Assembly: GCA_030390025.1 (NCBI GenBank)
Contig: CM059432.1
Coordinates: forward strand, 15,068,001 to 15,132,000
Source: Squalus acanthias
Lineage: Eukaryota
DNA: 64,000 nucleotides
Direction of reading: 5' to 3'
Below, piece after piece: positions 25,190 through 37,642 of the stretch (position 1 is its first letter; every line of letters begins with the position of its first letter). The notes under the pieces are model-generated. The model worked only from the letters and a program-made list of their open reading frames with translations. It was not told where the DNA came from and searched no databases. A program made the translations under genes and the position numbers.

Positions 25190-25509
25190 GACAGACTTGC
25201 ATTTATATCGCGCCTTTCACGGCCACTGGACGCCCCAAAGTGTTTTACAGCCAATTAAGTCATTTTGAAGTGCAGCCACGGTTGCAATGTGGGAAACGCG
25301 GCAGCCAATTTGCGCACAGCAAGCTCCCACAAACAGCAATGTGATAATGAGCAGATAATCTGCTTTAGTGATGTTGATTGAGGGATAAATATTGGCCAGG
25401 ACACCGGGGAGAACTCCCCGGCTCTTCTTCGCATTAGTGTCGTGGGATCTTTTACGTTCACCTGAGAGAGTAGATGGGGTCTCGGTTTAACGTCTCATCC
25501 GAAAGACGG
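25190..25509 (-). mobile_element. Deu-core SINE, 5'-truncated
   Basis: Matches 47061-47380. Confidence 0.8.
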
Positions 25510-25879
25510 AAATTATCTTAGAATGCAATTATCTTACTCCCAATACTGATTTCTTATATTTACAGAAAACACTTATCTCTATGCAATCTTACAATGACAG
25601 TGAAAATTAATAAGAACATACTGGAGGCATTTTACCTTGACAGCTGGAAAAAAGTTACCTAACTTGAGCTTAGTCATTATATTTTCACACTTATGATGAA
25701 CAGAATATCAGAATTATTTCATCTTGTGACTGTAAGATATATGTTAATCCCACCAAGCCTTCAATACATCAACTATATAAATAGCATTAATCATTTTGCT
25801 CTGCTCATTAATATTGATCTTATGTATTGGAGAATTGAGATTTTAGGCTCACTTTTCCACATCTTTTCTAAGTGTCTGT

Positions 25880-26073
25880 AAACCCTGCCTTTATATTCCT
25901 GCCTCGCCACCTCTCTGTCCTCCTTTAAGATGCTTAAAACTTACGTCTTTGGCCAAGCTTTTGGTCACCTGTCCAAATGTGGCTTGGTGTCAAATAACCC
26001 TCCTGTGAAGCGCCTTGGGAGGTTTTATTGCATTAAAGGTGCTATATAAATGCAAGTTGTTGTTTTGTTGTTG
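25880..26073 (+). mobile_element. L2 3' tail
   Basis: cctttaagatgcttaaaac...ggtgctatataaatgcaagttgttg. Confidence 0.7.
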
Positions 26074-26371
26074 CAAATCCATTATCTTGCCTGTCCTTCA
26101 ACTAACTTAGTAACAATCTCGGCAGTGCCCTACAACATTATCCCCAGGTTCTTCAATCAATGCAAAAAGTGAGTAAGAAGTGGAGGTAGGTCACAGCCAT
26201 CTTTACGGAAAACACAGGAGATAAAGAAAGGCAGAGACAGAGGAAAGAGATAGACGCTGAAACATGCGAGACAGGGTGACGAGAGAAAACGTAAGCATGC
26301 AGCTTAATTGCAAACATACAGACACAAGAGATAGAGAAGGAGACGGGGAGAAGAGGCATGTTGGACGGAGA

Positions 26372-26848
26372 GTCATCGAATCATAAAAATTTACAGCACG
26401 GAAGGAAGCCATTCGGCCCATTGTATCTGTGCCAGCCGACAAAGAGCTCTCCAGCCTAATCCCACTTTCCAGCTCTTGGTCCGTAGCCCTGTAGGTTACG
26501 GCAATTCAAGTGCACATCCAAGCACTTTTTAAATGTGGTTAGGGTTTCTGCCTCTACTACCCTTTCAGGCAGTGAGTTCCAGACCCCCACCACCCTCTAG
26601 GTGAAGAAATTTCCCCTCAAATCCCCTCTAAACCTCCGACCAATTACTTTAAATCTATGCCCCCTGGTTGTTGACCCCTCTGCTAAGGGAAATAGGTCCT
26701 TCCTATCCACTCCATCTAGGCCCCTCATAATTTTATACACCTCAATAAGGTCTCCCCTCAGCCTCCTCTGTTCCAAAGAAAACAACCCCAGCCTATCCAA
26801 TCTTTCCTCATCGCTAAAATTCTCCAGTCCAGGCAACATCCTCGTAAA
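26372..26848 (-). mobile_element. CR1 3' fragment
   Basis: FTRMLPGLENFSDEERLDRLGLFSLEQRRLRGDLIEVYKIM. Confidence 0.9.
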
Positions 26849-27628
26849 TAAGGATGTGACTGTTGGAACAGCTGGCAAGAAGCCATCAAAAACGACCACG
26901 TGGACCATGTGGAAGGAGATGTCTGTGGCTGCGAATGGCACTTCAATAGGAGAGCACGTGGGAAGGTGGAAGTCACGGAATTTAGGACGGTTGCCGTCAT
27001 CCTGTTGTAACTCCATGATTTGCACGTCTGCCACTCAGTACATGTATGCTCCTTCAGACCTCCCTGAAACCCGCCAGAATTTATGACTGGGTATTCCTAG
27101 GCGGAACCCCATGGATCCAGCGTCCACCCCAAATTCCAGTCCCCACAAAAAGGTGCAGATCTTGACTTATGACCTGCCAGCTCAGGAATTTCAGTGTCAA
27201 CAGGCTACCGTATTTTGGGGAGTAAGGGAGAGAGGTTATAACCAAGCTCAATCTTGTTCTTTCCCAAACATATGTGTTTTCCACTGGATGCCAAGCAGGA
27301 GCAAGAGCACGGGATCATTCTTCTCCGCCCTTCCCGGGGAAGCTGTAGTGCACCTACTGCTGCCACAGCTGAAATCAGCTGACTCACCAGAAACTGGTGA
27401 TCACACCTGGGATTTTGCTGGTCTGTGTGGCTCAGTTTCCACATGATAAGCTCCCCTTCTACACCCCGCATTCAGTAAGACACGCTGCAATATGATTCAA
27501 GGATGCAGCACCTCTCAGGGTTCAGATAAAGTGCGAGTGTAAGGCTCTCGTAGTTCATGACATCATCTGTGCAGCTTGAAGTGTCACTAATTTGTCATTT
27601 TTAAAACACACCAACTTATGTGGTACCT

Positions 27629-28114
27629 GCAACAACAACAACTTGCATTTATATAGCGCCTTTAATAGAGTAAAACATTTCAAGGTGCTTCACGGGAGCG
27701 TTAGACAAAATTTGATGCCGAACCACATACAAAGATATTAGGACAGCACAGCTTGGTCAAAGAGGTAGGTTTTAAGGAGCATCTTAAAGGAGGAAAGAGA
27801 GGTAGAGAGGCGGAGAGGTTTAGGCAGGGAATTTCAGAGCTTAGGGCCTAAACAGCTGAAGGCACGGCCACCATTGATGGAGCAATGAAAATCAGAATTG
27901 GAGGAGCGCAGAGAGCGCAGGTTGTAAGGCTGGAGGAAGTTACAGAGATCGAGTGGGGCGAGGCCATGGAGGGATTTGAAAACAAGGATGAGAATTTTAA
28001 AATTGAGGCGTTGTTGGACTGGGGGCCAACGTAGGTCAGCGAGCAGAGGGGTGATGGGTGAACGGGACTTGGTGCAAGTTAGGGTATGTGCAGCAGAGTT
28101 TTGGATGAGTTCAA
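27629..28114 (-). mobile_element. L2 3' fragment
   Basis: LELIQNSAAHTLT...LRWPPVQQRLNFKILILVFK; (ttg)n tail. Confidence 0.85.
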
Positions 28115-29054
28115 GCAACTGAAACAAAATGCTGTGTGCAGTATCTGCAGCCGATGCTGAATAGTGTACGTTACCAGCCTAACATCTCTCCACGTCCCGA
28201 ATTAATTACCTCAGCCACCATCTGGTGGGGGAACAATTGGTCAAGTTGGAACCACAGTGCTAAGAAGACATGGGATTATCAGAAGTGTGCTTTACTAGCC
28301 TAATCATCATCTGGAGTGTAATTACCCCCTTTTAATTGCCAACTGAAGTGATTTGCTGCAATCACTTGCAACGATACTAATTTTGCAATACAGAATACAC
28401 CATGTTAAAGGGCACCTTGTTAATGGGAATGTTCCCTTTAAAGAGGGTGATTCTGTGGGTAAGCATGGCCAATAGTAAATTATGCGAAACAAAAGCATAA
28501 TACTCTGTTCAGCTACATCAAGCTCCATTTGCATCCCCCCCCCGATTTCCTTGTGTGCTGTGTCTCACAATGCGTCAATTCCTCAGCTACACTTATGTCC
28601 CTAGATATTAACTACCATACACTTGCTTTTTTTAAAAAGTGAAACTGTTTTTTTTGGGGAGCCCCGAGACACTTCTACATCGCACCCGTGCCGTGCTAAC
28701 GTTGCTGGCTCCCAACACTCAGGCTTCATGCAGTCAGCAGCAGTACCAAGTAACCTCGTCAGATTCGCTAGGGCTGATGAAACAGGATGGCCCACATTTT
28801 ACTGGCTCTGTCCAGCCACCGAACCCAGCAAATCGGGACAGTTTTCTTTGGTGTTACTGTCAGCTGTGCAGGCCCCAAGCATACTTCAGCAGCTGCCTGC
28901 ACTATTGTGGTGCTCGCACAATTTAAGAACAGGTGTGTGCGTGCGTCTTCTCTTTTGTTCAGTAAACAGGGGAGTGGAGGGATTGGGTGACATAAGCTGC
29001 GAGGATTCCCTTGGAATGTAGGATCCACCATCTGCCTAGATTTAGTTCAGGTGA

Positions 29055-30650
29055 CTAAAGGCGACCCCAGCCCGGCAAGAGGTTGAAAAGGCCATCCGAC
29101 AACTGAAGAACAATAAGGCCTCAGGAGCAGATGGAATCCTGGCCGAGGCACTAAAGCATAGCGGAGAAGCACTACTGGCGCAAATTCATGAACTCATTTC
29201 TCTTATCTGGAAGGAGGAGAGCATGCCAGGGGATCTCAGAGATGCTGTAATTGTGACCATCTTCAAGAAAGGTGACAAGTTCGATTGCAGTAATTACAGA
29301 GGAGTTTCCCTGCTGTCTGCCACAGGGAAAGTCATCACAAGAATCCTCCTCAATCGCCTTCTCCCAGTGGCTGAAGAGCTCCTCCCAGAGTCACGATGCA
29401 GATTCCGCCCTCTAAGGGGCACAATGGACATGATCTTCACTGCGCGTCAATTACAAGAGAAATGCAGGGAACAGCACCAACCGCTGTACATGGCCTTCTT
29501 TGACCTCACAAAGGCCTTCAACACCGTCAACCGTGAGGGATTATGGAGTGTCCTCCTCAAATTTGGCTGCCCTCAAAAGTTTGTCACCATCCTCCGCCTG
29601 CTTCACGACAACATGCAAGCCGTGATCCTGACCAACGATTCCACCACAGACCCAATTCACGTACGGACCGGGGTTAAGCAAGGCTGTGTCATCACACCAA
29701 CGCTCTTCTCGATCTTCCTTGATGCAATGCTCCATCTCACCCTCAGTAAGCTCCCCGCTGGAGTGGAGCTAATTTACAGAACAAACGGGTAACTGTTCAA
29801 CCTCCGTCACCTCCAGTCCAGATCCAAGGTCGTCCCATCCTCTGTTGTCAAATTACAGTATGCAGATGACACTTGTGTCTGCGCACACTTGGAGGTCCAA
29901 CTCCAAACCATCGTCAACACCTTCACCGAAGCATACGAGAGCATGGGCCTTACACTAAACATCCGTAAGACAAAGGTCCTCTACCAACCTGCCCCCGCCA
30001 CACAGTACTGCCCCCCGATTATCAAAATCCATGACAAGGCCTTGGACAACGTGGACCACTTTCCATACCTCGGAAGCCTACTATCAACAAGGGCAGACGT
30101 CGATGACGAAGTTCAACATTGCCTTCAGCATGCCAGTGCAGCCTTCGGTCACCTGAGGAAGAGAGTGTTTGAAGACCAGGACCTCAAACCCGGCACCAAG
30201 CTCATGGTCTACAGAGCAGTAGTGATACCCGCCCTCCTGTATGCCTCAGAGACATGGACCATGTACAGCAGGCACCTCAAAGCACTGGAGAGGTACCACC
30301 AACGCTGCCTCCGCAAGATCCTGCAAATCCATTGGCAGGATAGGCACACCAACGTCAGTGTTCTCGCACAGGCCAACATCCCCAGCATCGAAGCTTTGAC
30401 CACGCTCAATCAGCTCCGATGGACGGGTCACATCGTCCACATGCCCGATACGAGACTCCCAGAACAAGCGCTCTACTCGGAGCTCCGACATGGCAAGAGA
30501 GCCCCAGATGGGCAGAGGAAACGCTTCAAGGACACCCTTAAAGCCTCCTTGAAAGAGTGCAACATCCCCACCGACACCTGGGAATCCCTGGCCCAAGACC
30601 GCACAAAGTGGAGGAGAAGCATCCGGGAAGGTGTCGAACACCTCGAGACT
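29055..30650 (+). mobile_element. RTE-clade LINE fragment (RT and C-terminus), inactivated
   Basis: CSNYRGVSLLS, FFDLTKAF, GVKQGCVITPTLF, QYADD, LRWTGHIVHMPDTRLP, KRFKDTLK; stop at 29790-29792. Confidence 0.9.
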
Positions 30651-30671
30651 GAGTCCATGGATGGAAACAAT

Positions 30672-31073
30672 CTGGCTGAGGGGTGAGCTAATAGAGGTCT
30701 TTAAAATTATGAAACGTTTTGATAGAGTGGATACAGAGAGAATGTTTCCACTTGTGGGGAAGAGCATAACTAGAAGCCATCAATATAAGATAGTCATCAA
30801 GAAATCCAATAGGGAATTCAGAAGAAACTTCTTTACCCAGAGAGTGGTGAGAATGTGGAACTTGCTACCACAGGGAGTGATTGAAGTGAATAGTATAGAT
30901 GCATTTAAGGGGAGGCTAGTTAAGCATAATAGGGAGAAGGGAATAGAGGGTTATGCTGATAGAGTTAGTTGAGGAAAGACGGGAGGAGGCTCGGGAGGAG
31001 CATAAACACCAGCATGGACTGGTTGGGCTGAATGGCCTGTTTCTGTGCCGTATATCCTATGTAATCCTATGTA
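30672..31073 (+). mobile_element. CR1 3' fragment
   Basis: LRGELIEVFKIMK...RRNFFTQRVVRMWN; (atcctatgt)n-like end. Confidence 0.85.
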
Positions 31074-31194
31074 ATTAAACTGTGAGAGTAGTGCAAGGCG
31101 GTCACAGGTTTAAACCCATAAAAGGCAAATTTAAGACCGATATCAGGAAGTTTTTCTTCACATAAGGAGTGATCAACACCTGGAATGGAGGAAA

Positions 31195-31478
31195 TCCCTG
31201 TGCTCGCTGACTTACATTGGCACCTGATCCAGCAACGCTCCAATTTTAAAATTCTCATCCTTGTTTTCAAATCCCTTCTTGGCCTCGCCCCTCCATCTCT
31301 GTAACCTCCTCCAATCCTACAACCCTCCAAGATCTCTGCACTCCTTCAAATCTGGCCTCTTGCGTATCCCCGATTTTCACCACTCCACCATTGGCGGCCA
31401 TGCCTTCTGCTGCCTAGGCCCTAAGCTGTGGAATTCCCTCTCTAAGCCTCTTCACCATTCTACCTCTCTTTCCTCCCA
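31195..31478 (+). mobile_element. L2 fragment
   Basis: gctgacttacattgg...aaaattctcatccttgttttcaaatccc, the reverse complement of the 5676-6293 family. Confidence 0.8.
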
Positions 31479-31568
31479 GATAGAATATTGGAAGCGAAAA
31501 CCCCGGAATCATTTAATAACTAATTGGATGCTGCATTGGGAGTACTTAGGGTCATTCAGGGTAGATCA

Positions 31569-32093
31569 GTGTGATGGAATACTCTCCACTTGCCTGGATG
31601 GGTGCAGCTGCAACAACGCCGCTCCACAACGTCCAGGATGAAGTAGTTCGCTTGATCACCATCCCATCCACCAGCTTAAACATCCACTCCCTCCACCACC
31701 GGCGCACCGTGGCTGCAGTGTGTACCATCTACAAGATGCACTGCAGCAACTCGCCAAGGCTTCTTCGGCAGCACCTCCCAAACCCCCAACCTCCACTACC
31801 TAGAAGGACAAGGGCAGCAGGTGCAGGTAAACTCCTTCATCTCCAAGTTCCTTTCCAAGTCTCACACCATCCTGACTTTGACATATATTGTCGCTCTTTC
31901 ATGGTGTTCCCATGCACCTACTGCCCATGTTCTTCCAGGTGGTGGAGGTTGCGTGTTTGGGAGGTGCTGTCAAAGAAGCTTTGGTGAGTTGCTGCAGTGC
32001 ATCCTGTGGATAGTACAGACTGCAGAAGGTGATGGCTGGGCTGTCAATCAAGTGGACTGCTTTATCCTGGATGTTGTCGAGCTTTTTCAGTGT
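31569..32093. mobile_element. Two opposed fragments of the 8485 LINE family (plus 31569-31900, minus 31901-32093)
   Basis: The plus part encodes MEYSPLAWM...HSLHHRRTVAAV; the following part is a diverged reverse complement of the same region. Confidence 0.75.
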
Positions 32094-32485
32094 TTATTAC
32101 AGGTATTATTTATCCCTGTATTAAACAACATTACAATGTGCTTATTGTTTGTTCTTCTGGAGACCTGGTGACAGGCTGCTCCCACTTATAGTGCTGCTTA
32201 GTATAATTGGTAATTAGTGAATGATAGCAGTGCTAATGCTGGTTCATATTAGTTTAACCTTCACCTTACTGTAGTGTCAGTTTGAAAGGAAGTAGCCCAG
32301 GCAATTGAACTGCAGATCACGAAGTTGGATGACTAAGTGCTACTGTAATCCAGAGCAAGTCCAATCAGGAAAACAAAACACTTGATGAATGATATCACTG
32401 AAGTTGTTATGATATCAGTTCTCAGTCGCTTACACCGAATGTTATGATGTTCTTATGCTGCACATACCAGATAGAATTAATCAAT

Positions 32486-33251
32486 GGGCCAAAAATTCGG
32501 CACTTGCCGGGTGAGTACGCGCTGTGTACTCACCCGTAAGGCCTCCTGAAGTGCCGGTTTACTGCATGCACTGCGCATGCGCGGGAAGCCGGAACTTCCG
32601 GTCTGGTGAAGGGGGCGGTTCATAGGTGAACCACGTGCACGGGAGAGGCTGCGTGCACGCAGCGAACTTAGGTTTTTTTTCAGGTTTCTCCGGGAGGGTA
32701 AGTATTGAAGAACCTGCGCTTTTAAAAAGGAGGCGCAAGACCCGTTTTCAACAAGGTAAGTGGTTAATTAATTACAATTTAAAACATTTTTCAACAGGTT
32801 TATCTTTTTTAGATACTTTAAAGAGAGGTAAGTTTATTTTTAGCACTGTTAAAAAGTATTTTAATTTTTTCAAAAATTTAAATTTTTGTTTAAAGCAGTT
32901 AATTTATTTAATTTATAGTTATTTTAAAAATGTGATGGTTTTTTTTTTAATGTATTTGAAGTTTAGGTGTTGTTTTGGGGCCGATTTCAATTCATAGATT
33001 TGACAGGTCTTCCTGTCAAATCTATGAATGAAAGATGGTCTGCTGCCATTGGCTCTCCATGGCCCATGTGATCCCAGAGGACGCATCGCACTAACTGCGC
33101 TCCTGGGAAATACAAGCACTGCGCGCCGGCAGTTGGGGGAAGCCCAGGAGCTGAAGTCCCCGTGGGCCCAGAGGTCAACGGCAGGCGCGGTAGGTAGGTG
33201 CGCGCGGGATCCTTGCACCCGCGGGAAGCCAGGGAGCCGAATTTCTGGGCC
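32486..33251. mobile_element. Non-autonomous DNA transposon with 16-bp TIRs
   Basis: GGGCCAAAAATTCGGC ... GCCGAATTTCTGGGCC (14/16); CpG-rich ends, AT-rich middle, internal hairpins. Confidence 0.7.
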
Positions 33252-33804
33252 ATTGTCTTTTCAGGGGTGCACGAACCATTAGTTCCCAACACACGGTATC
33301 TGTGCACCGGCAGCAACCCCAACATGAACTTACTGGATTCACTTCGACCTCATGGAAGACACTTTTTTTTTTGGCAGGGTCTTCCTAGCAAATCCAGTAC
33401 CCTTAGATTAGGGTTGCCATCGGGTGCATAGGAGGCCCGTGCGTTCCAAACCGACATTGCAAGCACCCTCTAAAGCCAATGTAAAAGCAGCTTTAGCGTG
33501 GCGCTGAGCTGGCCGTGCTGAATGATCTTGTTGGCTCGATGTTGCAGGTCAGTCACAGGGATGGTCTGTGCACATTTACTTACATGTTTGTACAGAGCTC
33601 CACCTACTCGTGTCCAGATTTTTAACCTTAGCTAACATTTGGCGGGACAGTCAGCTCTTCACCATCGCTAAAAGTTAAATTAGATTCAAAAAGTTCCATT
33701 CGTAGCAGTTTCACGGCAGTCGGTGCAAAGTCTAAGTGATGTGCAGAGACAATCTCAAACTGCCTGCCAACACTTAATACATCATGAGAGCCTCCTTCAC
33801 CAGT

Positions 33805-33900
33805 GCTCTGATGAAAGACCTTTAACCGAAATGTTAACTCATCTTTATTCTTTTCATATGATAACAGACCGGCTATGTATTTCCAGCATTTTCTGTTTCT
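33805..33900 (+). mobile_element. Degenerate Penelope-like hammerhead fragment
   Basis: CTGATGAAAG...GAAATGTTAACTC...ttccagcattttctgttt, same layout as 4785 and 17201 but stem II is broken. Confidence 0.55.
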
Positions 33901-34602
33901 GTGACATAATAGCATACCTTAATGAGTCACGTGACGTATCATACCTTGCTATGAGTCAATTGCAAATTGTACCCTGCTACGGGTCATTCGGCAAATCGTA
34001 CCGTGATATGAGTCACATGACATATCATACCTTGATATGAGTGACGTAACATGGTTCATTAGGTTGATTCCTGGGATGAGAGGGTTGTCCTATGAGGAGA
34101 GATTGAGTAGACTGGGCCTATACTCTCTGGAGTTTAGAAGAATGAGAGGTGATCTCATTGAAACATGCAAGATTCTAAAGGGGATTGACAGGGTAGATGC
34201 TGAGAGGTTGTTTCCCCTGGCTGGAGAGTCTAGAACTAGGGGGCATAGTCTCAGGATAAGGGGTCGGCCATTTAAGACCGAGATGAGGAGGAATTTCTTC
34301 ACTCAGAGGGTTGTGAATCTTAGGATGCTGAATCGTCGAGTATATTCAAGGCTGAGATAGATAGATTTTTGGACTCTAAGGGAATCAAGGGATTTGGAGA
34401 TCGGGTGGGAAAGTGGAGTTGAGATTGAAGATCAGCCATGATCTTATTGAATGGTGGAGCAGGCTCGAGGGGCTGTATGGCCTACTCCTGCTCCCAATTC
34501 TGATGTTATGTTCTTAACATATCGTACCTTGATATAAGTCATGTGACATATCATACCTTGATACAACTAACGTGCCATGATATCGTACTTGGTACGAGTC
34601 AC
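33901..34602. repeat. Degenerate 29-bp minisatellite interrupted by CR1
   Basis: Unit approximately gtgacatatcataccttgatatgagtcac on both sides of 34053-34514. Confidence 0.7.
34053..34514 (+). mobile_element. CR1 3' fragment
   Basis: FIRLIPGMRGLSYEERLSRLGLYSLEFRRMRGDL; flanked by TAACAT at 34047-34052 and 34515-34520. Confidence 0.9.
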
Positions 34603-34974
34603 GTTGCAGTATGTTACTTCTTTAAAGGATGTCACAATCCAGTGACAGCCCATCTGCCTTCACACTCTCGTGCTCAGCCTACTGCTGGCTCAGCTTTTTC
34701 CCCCAACAGTCACTTCCAGCTCACGGTCAGTGTCACCATCACAAATGCTGTGTGTCGGCTGTAATTGGTACCAGTACATCTCCTTTCACCAGGCGGAGCA
34801 GCTGCCCGGTGGATCCCAAGCTGGAGCGGAGGAAACTCTCAGCCCGGGAGTCCAGCCACGTAACCTCTGACATAGGGCACCATGTGTGGGGTGGACCCAG
34901 GTTCTGCCCTCAGATACTGGCGGCAGAGGTCAGGGTACAGCATATACGGGTCATGGCCTAATTCACGTGCCGTC

Positions 34975-35476
34975 TGCCATGGAGGGAGTGCAGCGAAGAT
35001 TCACCAGACTGATACCTGGGATGGCAGGAATGACATATGAGGAGAGATTGGGTCAATTGGGCTTATATTTGCTGGAGGGGATCTCATTGAAACTTATAAA
35101 ATTCTAACAGGACTAGACAGACTAGATGCAGGAAGGATGTTCCCGATGGCGGGGAGTCCAGAACCAGAGGCTCACAGTCTAAGGATAAGGGGTAAGCCAT
35201 TTAGGACAGAGATGAGGAGGAATTTCTTCACCCAGAGAGTGGTGAACCTGTGGAATTCTCTACCACAGAAGGCAGTTGAGGCCAATTCATTAAATATTTT
35301 CAAGAAGGAATTAGATATATTTCTTAAGGCTAAAGGGATCAAGGGATATAGGGAGAAAGCAGGGACAGGGTACTGAATTTGGATGATCAGCCATGATCTC
35401 ATTAAATGGCGGAGCAGGCTCGAGGGGCCGAATGGCCTACTCCTGCTCCTATCTTCTATGTTTCTATGTTTTTATG
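34975..35476 (+). mobile_element. CR1 3' fragment, same subfamily as 21003-22966
   Basis: Collinear with about 22458-22966. Confidence 0.9.
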
Positions 35477-36089
35477 TATACTTTTACCTGACTTACGGAG
35501 AGCTTGTGCCAGAAGGCCACAGGCTTTTAGGGGCTTTATACTTAGCATAAGTTTAATAAAGCCTTTCACTTGCGCTCTGTATACTGGGAGAGCCCCAACT
35601 CCGAATAACAGAATGGAAAAGGAATCCTACCTGGGAGAGTAGTCAGTGCAGGGAAAGAAAGAAAATACAAAAGGGTGCAGAGAAAGAATAATAGAAAAAA
35701 AAAGAGAAATAGAAGGAACCAACCAAATGGATATTTTTACCTACTCGCGCTCCTGTGCAGAACTTTGCCTGTCAGAAGCACATATCAGAACTCAAGCATG
35801 TGCCCATTACAATGGGAAATCATGGGGAGCGCACACCCCAATTCCCAGTAAAGCTAATTTCATGGTTGGGTGCTCCTGTTGGGAATTCACCGGCCTCCAG
35901 TATCTGGTTTTCTGTTTATTTAAATTAATTTATGGAAAATCAGGGACTATGGGCCTGTGATTTCCTGCCAGCACACCTCTGACAGTGTCATTCAGTGCTA
36001 GGAGCCTCGGATTGTTGAGTCAGCCCTAACTTGCTCTCCCGTCCGGTGAAGCTCTGTGTCGGGATTGCAAATTCATAAAATTACCCATC

Positions 36090-36515
36090 GAAAGAGAGGG
36101 AGAGAAAGAAAATAGAAAAAAAAAGAAACATAGCAAAAGTGAGTGAGGAAAGGAAAAAGAAAGAAAGGAGAGATAAAGAAAGAAAGGAGAGAGAGAGAAA
36201 GAAAGGAGAGAGAGAGAAAGAAAGGAGAGAGAGAGAAAGAAAGGAGAGAGAAAGAAAGAAAGGAGAGAGAGAGAAAGAAAGGAGAGAGAAGGAAAGAAAG
36301 GAGAGAGAGAAAGCAAAAGGTGAGAGAAAGAAAGAAAGGAGAGAGAGAAAGAAAGAAAGGAGAGTGAGAGAAAGAAAGGAGAGAGAGAAAGAAAGAAAGG
36401 AGAGAGAGAAAGAAAGGAGAGAGAGAGAAAGAAAGAAAGGAGAGAGAGAAAGAAAGGAGAGAGAGAGAAAGAAAGAAAGGAGAGAGAAAGAAAGAAAGGA
36501 GAGAGAAAGAAAGAA

Positions 36516-36554
<39 letters not shown>

Positions 36555-36583
36555 GAAAAGAAGGATGGAAAGCAGGAAAAAAA
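36090..36583. repeat. Polypurine compound microsatellite
   Basis: Almost pure A/G on the plus strand; higher-order unit (aaag)2-3 g(ag)n, ending in (aaag)n. Confidence 0.95.
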
Positions 36584-37039
36584 ATTCCTCTATTCACGGC
36601 TTACAATAAATTATAAAAATTTACTAATTTTCTCTAAACTGTTGCATCTAAATACATCAACTGTATTGCAGCTTTGTCGCCGTTCTTTATTCCACATGTA
36701 ATCTAATTTTTGTTTTATTTTGGTGTAAAGTTGCAACTGAGACCTGAAAGAGTTGAGCATTCCCTTTTCTGCTGTCATCCTGAAGGTTCAGGGGTTGTGT
36801 AAATAGTTATTTTCTGTTTCTAGCTTGGTCGAACATGTTTGTGACACTTCAGTCGCTCTGGGTTAAATGCGACACAGTTGAAAAGTGCAGTATTACAGAA
36901 CTGCTCTGATGCTTGAGTAAATTCCTCGATCCAAATTCAACTATTGATTCCAGCCCTTGTCTCAACAAGCGGGTGCAGAGCATGAACTAAATGCTGTTGA
37001 AATGTTATTTATTGAACAATTTTACTCTTTTTCTCTGTT

Positions 37040-37642
37040 TTGAGGTGTTTAAGATGATTAAAGGATTTGACAGGGTCGATAGAGAAAAAAACCTTACCTC
37101 TAGTGGGGGTGCGGGCAGTCCAGAACAAAGGGGCCGCAATCTTAACATTAGAGCCAAGCCGTTCAGGGGGTGATGTCAGGAAGCAATTCTTCAACACAAT
37201 GGGTAGTGGAACTCTGGAACTCTCTCCCCCCAAATAGCTGTTGAGGCTAGGTCAATAGAAAATTTCAAAACTGAGATTGGTAGATTTTTGTTAGGCAAGG
37301 GTATTAAGGGTTACGGGACCAAGGCTGGTAAAGGGAGTTAAATAAGAACATAACATAAGAAATAGGAGCAGGAATAGGCCACTTGGCCCCTCGAGCCTGC
37401 TCCGCCATTCAATAAGATCATGGCTGATCTTGGGCTCAAAGCCACTTCCCTGCCCGCTCCCCATAACTCTTCACTCCCTTATCTTGCAAAAAATCTGTTT
37501 ATCTCCACCTTAAAATGTATTAAATGACCCAGCCTCCACAGCTCTCTGCGGCAGATCAGATCAAATACAGATCAGGCAAGATCCAAATGAATGTCGGAAC
37601 AGGCTTGAAGGGCTGAATGGCCTACTCCTGTTCCTATGTTCC
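37040..37642 (+). mobile_element. CR1 3' fragment containing an opposite-strand CR1 3' fragment (about 37343-37555)
   Basis: EVFKMIKGFDRVDREK on plus; aacataagaaataggagcaggaataggcc starts an inverted tail; the plus tail resumes at aaatacagatcagg. Confidence 0.75.

Noticed and set aside
36026..36609. R/K/E-rich and F/L/S-rich ORFs
   Set aside because: Products of the purine microsatellite.
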